64,000 nucleotides of DNA from a virus: IMG/VR virus record IMGVR_UViG_3300027763_000038, positions 44,771 to 108,770 of that record; one strand, written 5' to 3'. Numbering within the stretch: position 1 is the first letter of the stretch; every line of letters begins with the position of its first letter. The translations under genes were made by a program, and so were the position numbers. Positions 59,197 through 64,000 of this stretch are shown here, piece after piece. The notes under the pieces were generated by a model. It made no database searches. It saw only the letters and a program-made list of their open reading frames with translations, and was not told the origin of the DNA.

Positions 59197-60308
59197 TGCT
59201 ATTAACATTAAATAAGAATAGAATGGACCAACTAGCCCCTGATCAGATAGCATTTTATCAAGGACAATGTGGAGATATTCTCAATGCTCCACTACCAAGT
59301 ATCACACAAAATCCTGCTGAACTAAAACAAAAAACAGGAGCTAATAATTTTACTAGTCTAGCTCCCTTTTATCATCCAGACCCGAACTCTCCAACAGGAT
59401 TTCCTTATATCCGAATTGATGGAACAAGGAACCTTGAGTCTAGAAAAAGTTCTGATAGTCCATACTTAAATTCTATGCTATCTTTAGTGGCTTCAGCATC
59501 TACTTTATATTACTATACTAAGTCAGAAGACTATGCTATTAAAGCTATGGAAGTTCTTTACACTTTCTTTCTTAATGAAAATACTAAAATGAATCCTAGT
59601 ATGACATATAGCGGAATAGTTATTGGAGATAGTATGGATGATCTGCGTATTAGAGGAGCAGTTATTGATAGTAATATATTATCAGTATTACCAGATTTTA
59701 TTGAACTACTTAAACCTAGTCCTCATTGGACAACTGAACTAGATAATGGAATGGTTTCGTGGTTTGACTCATTAAGCGATTGGTTCAAAACTAATCCTAG
59801 AGGAGTCTTGCAAGCTAGTTATAGTCATAATATTAAAACCTCATATATGAAACAGTTATGTTCTTATCTTTGTGCTTGTGGAAAAGAAGTTGAAGCACGA
59901 ACTTATTTGGAAAATAATCTTAGAAGCTTATTAAGTGCTCAGATAGATACTGACGGTAAACAGATATTAGAGATGAACAGAGTAAAAAATAGGCACTATA
60001 GTAATTTTAATTTAACTCTACTTGTAAATCTAGCTACTATAGCTAACTCATTGGGTATTAATGTTTGGAACTATGAGGATAGTGAGGGTAAGGGGAGTAT
60101 TAAGAAGGCTATGAAATATTTAGCCTATTATTATCTTAATCCAACTGAATGGACCACATCTAATGAACAGAATAATTCTGCTATGACACGATCATGGCTA
60201 CAAGCAGGGGTAGAATTATATGATGATCAAATCTTACAAGATGTTTTTAGAGAAGTTAAGATTTATAATTTTACCAGCGTTACAGACTATATTACCTTAC
60301 CCAATTAG
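59196..60308 (+). CDS. Alginate lyase family (PL5-like) protein, 370 aa
   Basis: SLAPFYHPDPNSPTGFPYIRIDG, FFLNENTKMNPSMTY, QIDTDGKQILEMNRVKNRHYSNFNL and GSIKKAMKYL match family motifs as I recall them; GAGGAG RBS; start overlaps the GT stop. Confidence 0.8.
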   Translation: MLLTLNKNRMDQLAPDQIAFYQGQCGDILNAPLPSITQNPAELKQKTGANNFTSLAPFYHPDPNSPTGFPYIRIDGTRNLESRKSSDSPYLNSMLSLVASASTLYYYTKSEDYAIKAMEVLYTFFLNENTKMNPSMTYSGIVIGDSMDDLRIRGAVIDSNILSVLPDFIELLKPSPHWTTELDNGMVSWFDSLSDWFKTNPRGVLQASYSHNIKTSYMKQLCSYLCACGKEVEARTYLENNLRSLLSAQIDTDGKQILEMNRVKNRHYSNFNLTLLVNLATIANSLGINVWNYEDSEGKGSIKKAMKYLAYYYLNPTEWTTSNEQNNSAMTRSWLQAGVELYDDQILQDVFREVKIYNFTSVTDYITLPN

Positions 60309-60895
60309 GTGAAGTATAATACAATTCCACCGGGAGAACCATTTGTTGCCGAGTTGACATTAGCATTTCCTGCAACGCCCTTAAATCCAGCAGTAAGACT
60401 ACTTCCAGAGAGCGTTATAGCGGCTACTCTTCCTTGAAAATCTAATGTTCCACTAGCATAGAATGTTCTATTAAAATCACCTCCAGAACCAACGCCATTG
60501 TTTCCAAGACCGTTCCCGCCCAGAACATAATTTCCTATTCCTCCTGCTCCTGTTATTGTAACTCCACTATAAGTTAGTGTAGTATTTCCTCCAGAAGTAC
60601 TACTACCATCTCCTTGAAGTCCTGCCGCTCCTACAACATAGGTCACTGTTGCTCCTCCAGTAACGCTATATGTTTTGACCGCTTCTCCGCCATAATAACC
60701 ATCATCTGTTCCTTGACAAGCACTAATATCATATGTTCCACCAGATCCACCACCAATAACCCAAGCCTTCATGCTTGTGGCTCCGGTTGGTACTGATCGA
60801 CTAGTTCCGGTAGTTATAACAAAAGCTACTGGAGTAAAACCACCACCTCCACCTGCCACTATTTTCTTAAACATATTAAATTTAGCACTAAACAT
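60305..60895 (-). CDS. Glycine-rich phage virion domain protein (196 aa)
   Basis: SVPTGATSMKAWVIGGGSGG...GGATVTYVVGAAG...GGNTT...GSPGGIVLYF pattern typical of Gly-rich fibre-tip domains. Confidence 0.7.
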   Translation of the reverse strand: MFSAKFNMFKKIVAGGGGGFTPVAFVITTGTSRSVPTGATSMKAWVIGGGSGGTYDISACQGTDDGYYGGEAVKTYSVTGGATVTYVVGAAGLQGDGSSTSGGNTTLTYSGVTITGAGGIGNYVLGGNGLGNNGVGSGGDFNRTFYASGTLDFQGRVAAITLSGSSLTAGFKGVAGNANVNSATNGSPGGIVLYFT

Positions 60896-60901
60896 AAATT
60901 A

Positions 60902-62824
60902 CTAATAGTTTTGACTAAAAGCCCCATACCAATATGTTCCATCGCTTATAAAACTTAGGATATCCACTTTACTAGCTGTTGTAGTAATTACAGGAGCTGT
61001 TCCACCACTCCATTTTACGCTAGTGAAAGTTGCCGTAAATGATCCAGATCCGCTACTCAAGAATAATGTGAAACTTTTCCCAGCGGTTGCCGTTGGCATA
61101 GTAAACGTACAATTACCAGTAAGAGTGCAAGTTTGAACAGTTCCGTTCGTTAAGGCTATTGTTTTAGCAGTAGCGCTGTTGCCTATAACAACAACACTTT
61201 CTGTGAAATCATTAAACGTTAAGGTGCCAGCTAAATTAGTATTTCCTACTACGTGTAATTTGCTTGTTGGTGATCCAATACCTATTCCAATATTACCCGA
61301 GCTATTTGCGATAAAGCTTTGAACACCAGTATTAGATATGGCTACTGATCCACTTGCTGGAAAATAAAACCCCGTAGAGAGATCATTATTTGAACCTATT
61401 GATGGAGTACTAACCGAGCCACTACCCATTTGCAAAGAAGTAAAAATACCTGTAGTGCCAGCAATTGATCCAGTAACATCTAATGTTGAAGTTGGAGCAG
61501 TTTTGTTGATACCAACAAGTCCATTACTTGTTATAACCATTCTTTGGGATGGTGAATTAAAAGTATTTGAACTTGTACTTGTAAAAAATCTTAACTGGCT
61601 AGCAAGATTAGTTAAACCGGAAGCTGGTGCTGCCTCTGTGCTGGCTTGTATTCTTGCGCACTGTGTGGTAATTGTTCCATCATAATTCATTGTCTCAAAT
61701 TGTATGACTCCTAAATTATCTCCAGAAGCTACTACACTGGGAGAAGAGAATGATCCTCTATATTTTCTAAAAAACATAAAAGGACCAGCCGTTGTAGTCT
61801 GATATTTAGCTAAAACATTATTTCCACCACCTTGATCACCTATAAAAAATAAATTACCAGAATTATTATTAAGAAAATAGATACTATCTCCACTAGTATA
61901 TATTGAACCACTACCACTAGTAATATTTATACCATTAGAAAAATTACCACTAGGAGCAGATAATATTAATCCATTAAAAGTTAAACTTGTTTGGGCACTA
62001 ATTCCACTAGTAGATCCGTCAGAGACTAATACTCTATTAACCCCAGAATTTGTTATAGTAGCACTACCTCCACCGGCAGAAGCTGTAGAATTAATTGTAA
62101 ACGATCCACTAGACGGAGTAACTGTAATATTAGTTCCTGCAATTATATTGGTTACAGGAAGCAAACCACTAACAGTACTATTAAAATTAGTTATATCTGA
62201 GGTTACATGGGTATGACTAGCAGCAGCATAATCAGTTCCAGCAATTGCAATACTTGGAGCGCCCGTACTAGTAGTATTTTTAAGAAGACCATTACTAAGT
62301 CCTGCTAATGAAACACCATTAATTTTTGTAACTGTAGCATTTAGTGAGCCAGCACTTCCAGCAGCTGTAACATCACCGCTAATACTAATGGTCTGGTCAC
62401 CGGTATTAGTACCGCTACTACTTCCACTAAAAGTACCGCTTTGAGTAGCTAGAGTACCTAATCCTAAAGATGTTCTTTGTGCTGAAGCATCTGCCCCGGT
62501 TAATAATGCTCGTCCAGCAGTTGTACTATCACTGATATTACTTGCTGTATGAGTATGTCCAGACAAACTTACACCAGTACCATTTACTTGTAAACTTTGA
62601 GTAAAATTGCCGCTTGGAGAAGATATCGAACCAGTTAATGTTCCTCCAGATAATAACAAGAAAGAACCAGTACCAACCACACCCAAACTATTATAAGCTG
62701 TAACACCATCTCCAATTTTTAATTTAAGAGTATCGGTTTCGAATATTGGCTCTCCACTAGCAACAATTGGATTGGTAGCACTAAGTGATGTTGCTAATCC
62801 TCTTTTAATTTGAATATCTGGCAT
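60902..62824 (-). CDS. Fibre protein with Mtd-N-like anchor (640 aa)
   Basis: IQIKRG...NPIVASGEPIFETDTLKLKIGDG; HTH repeats; GLVGINKTAPTSTLDV and GNIGIGIGSPTSKLHV; C-terminal VKWSGGTAPVITTTASKVDILSF; GGAG RBS. Confidence 0.78.
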   Translation of the reverse strand: MPDIQIKRGLATSLSATNPIVASGEPIFETDTLKLKIGDGVTAYNSLGVVGTGSFLLLSGGTLTGSISSPSGNFTQSLQVNGTGVSLSGHTHTASNISDSTTAGRALLTGADASAQRTSLGLGTLATQSGTFSGSSSGTNTGDQTISISGDVTAAGSAGSLNATVTKINGVSLAGLSNGLLKNTTSTGAPSIAIAGTDYAAASHTHVTSDITNFNSTVSGLLPVTNIIAGTNITVTPSSGSFTINSTASAGGGSATITNSGVNRVLVSDGSTSGISAQTSLTFNGLILSAPSGNFSNGINITSGSGSIYTSGDSIYFLNNNSGNLFFIGDQGGGNNVLAKYQTTTAGPFMFFRKYRGSFSSPSVVASGDNLGVIQFETMNYDGTITTQCARIQASTEAAPASGLTNLASQLRFFTSTSSNTFNSPSQRMVITSNGLVGINKTAPTSTLDVTGSIAGTTGIFTSLQMGSGSVSTPSIGSNNDLSTGFYFPASGSVAISNTGVQSFIANSSGNIGIGIGSPTSKLHVVGNTNLAGTLTFNDFTESVVVIGNSATAKTIALTNGTVQTCTLTGNCTFTMPTATAGKSFTLFLSSGSGSFTATFTSVKWSGGTAPVITTTASKVDILSFISDGTYWYGAFSQNY

Positions 62825-62834
62825 TTAAAATCTC

Positions 62835-64000
62835 CTATGCTGCGGATACGCTCACATTGGCAAAGTATTGACTATCTGCTGGCTGCGTACTACTAATAGT
62901 TATAATGTCTCCAGAAATGACAGACACAGTGCGAGTATTATTTATATTACTAGAAACATAATGAATAATACTCCCATTCTTTTTGATAGTCGCGTTGTCG
63001 TCTGAGCCGTCATCGTCCTGAAAGTCAAACCGGACCGTTACAGTAGCTGTGCCGCTTGCTGTCCAAGAATATCTACTTAATCCATCTACTGTTTCAAGAT
63101 ATATACCAGCAGCACGAGTAAACGGACTAGCAGCTGTTCCGCTACCGGTAAATGTACTAGACCCATTATTACGAGCTATTGTTAGTAAAGAACCAGCTGG
63201 AGCTGCGGTTGTGGTCGTAGTTGTGGTAGTGGTGGGCGCTGCTGTAGTTGTTGTGGTTGTGGTAGTAGTAGCAGCTGTTACTGTTAATATTGCAGAATTA
63301 GAATATATGTTTGATAATAACGACTGTAAATTACATCTATAATAGTATCCATTTTTACCAATTTGAACACTAGTTAGTGTTAAAGTAGAAGAGGTAGATC
63401 CAGAAACTTCTGTCCAAGTTGAATTATTAGAACTTTCTTGCCATTGATAAGCTATTGATGATGTTGGAGACGAGGCTGTTGCTGTAATACTAAACGTTGC
63501 ATTTGACGATGATACCACAGAGGTCGCTGAAGGTTGTGAGGATATTGAGATTAATGGATAGGTACCAGCATCTATGCTAGAAGAGCCTCCACCACTAGCT
63601 GTAGAGTTGATTGTAAATGACCCACTAGCTGAAGATACTGTTATATTAGTTCCAGCAATTATGTTCTTTACAGGAAGTAAACCACTAACACTACTATTAA
63701 AATCTGTGATATCTGAAGATGTATGAGTGTGTGAACTAGCAGCATAATTACCAGATGGCTGTAATCCTGTTACTGATATTGTAAAATTACCAGTTGTAGG
63801 AACAATATTAATATATGTACTTGCTATAATATTTTTAACTGGTAATAAGCCACTAATAGAAGTATTAAAATCAGTAATTTGTGAAGAAGTGTGGTTGTGT
63901 GAACTTGCGGCATAGCTACCAGATGGTTGTAAACCAGTAACAGAAATTGTAAAATTGCCAGTTGATGATACAATATCTATATAAGAACTGGGGGTGATGT
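62835..64000 (-). CDS. Fibre/decoration protein with 56-aa HxH repeats, Ig (I-set-like) domain and Thr-rich linker; 5' end beyond the window
   Basis: The frame of track ORF 62835..63518 stays open to the right edge; ISSQPS...ATFSITAT...AYQWQES...TLTLTSV...YYYRC...SNSAILTV Ig pattern; (T8-9)AAP twice. Confidence 0.8.
   Translation of the reverse strand, partial: ITPSSYIDIVSSTGNFTISVTGLQPSGSYAASSHNHTSSQITDFNTSISGLLPVKNIIASTYINIVPTTGNFTISVTGLQPSGNYAASSHTHTSSDITDFNSSVSGLLPVKNIIAGTNITVSSASGSFTINSTASGGGSSSIDAGTYPLISISSQPSATSVVSSSNATFSITATASSPTSSIAYQWQESSNNSTWTEVSGSTSSTLTLTSVQIGKNGYYYRCNLQSLLSNIYSNSAILTVTAATTTTTTTTTAAPTTTTTTTTTAAPAGSLLTIARNNGSSTFTGSGTAASPFTRAAGIYLETVDGLSRYSWTASGTATVTVRFDFQDDDGSDDNATIKKNGSIIHYVSSNINNTRTVSVISGDIITISSTQPADSQYFANVSVSAA
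63597..64000 (-). repeat. 168-bp (56-aa) tandem repeat, about 2.4 copies visible
   Basis: ccagatgg(c/t)tgtaa at 63751 and 63919; unit GLQPSG.YAASSH.HTSS.ITDFN.S.SGLLPVKNIIA.T.I......G.FTI. Confidence 0.85.

Larger units (their letters stand above)
1..64000 (-). mobile_element. Large tailed bacteriophage genome segment (neck/tail morphogenesis module, siphovirus-like)
   Basis: Co-oriented, tightly packed genes including a tape measure protein, tail-tube-like gene, head-tail joining genes and many tail-fibre motifs; no bacterial housekeeping genes; no sheath-like gene seen. Confidence 0.93.

Noticed and set aside
99-63342. The many short + strand and alternate-frame ORFs in the track (e.g. 22938..23159 poly-Q, 63049..63342 poly-V, 43600..43785)
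   Set aside because: They lie antisense to or inside long, motif-bearing genes and mirror their low-complexity codons; treated as shadow ORFs
63516-63518. Track start codon (GTG) for the last ORF
   Set aside because: The frame is open to the window edge, and this GTG falls inside the first strand of the Ig-like domain
40125-64000. Diversity-generating retroelement, suggested by Mtd-N-like domains and duplicated segments
   Set aside because: No reverse transcriptase in the window; mismatches between duplicated segments do not look adenine-specific; Mtd-N is only an anchor domain
1-64000. tRNA/rRNA genes, tail sheath, capsid/terminase, stop-codon reassignment
   Set aside because: Intergenic gaps are under ~190 bp with no cloverleaf seen; no sheath, capsid or terminase motifs recognised; ORFs tile the window under the standard code

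Overview
This is an AT-rich, gene-dense 64 kb segment of a large (probably jumbo) tailed phage genome. It covers the virion neck/tail morphogenesis region, almost all on the minus strand, standard genetic code. In transcription order (right to left): fibre/decoration genes (Ig-like, Mtd-N-like, Gly-rich), an inverted + strand cassette (GT2-type glycosyltransferase plus alginate-lyase-family protein), head-tail adaptor, a ~17 kb block of fibre/adhesin genes (including a 4121-aa mosaic fibre and a LamG protein), head-closure/tail-completion/terminator-like genes, tail tube, chaperone-like genes, a 5483-aa tape measure protein (TMP), a beta-helical fibre, distal-tail/hub-like genes, and a >2100-aa Cys-rich ORF running off the left edge (absent from the ORF track). 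No sheath gene is visible, so the tail looks non-contractile. The most striking feature is the TMP. Eight copies of a 'GG...DTVPAMLTPGEFV' module plus shorter 'xxGG(V/L)IYA' motifs bracket unrelated globular domains: two PD-(D/E)xK nuclease-like domains, a HAD phosphatase, a polymorphic-toxin pre-toxin-like motif, a PPPLP tract and an HExxH metallopeptidase. This suggests a segmented polyprotein that carries effectors through the tail lumen. A candidate phage promoter (GGTGTA-N8-10-TAG) occurs five times in intergenic DNA, and a strong terminator sits directly before the TMP gene. All family assignments come from motif recognition by eye, not database searches.
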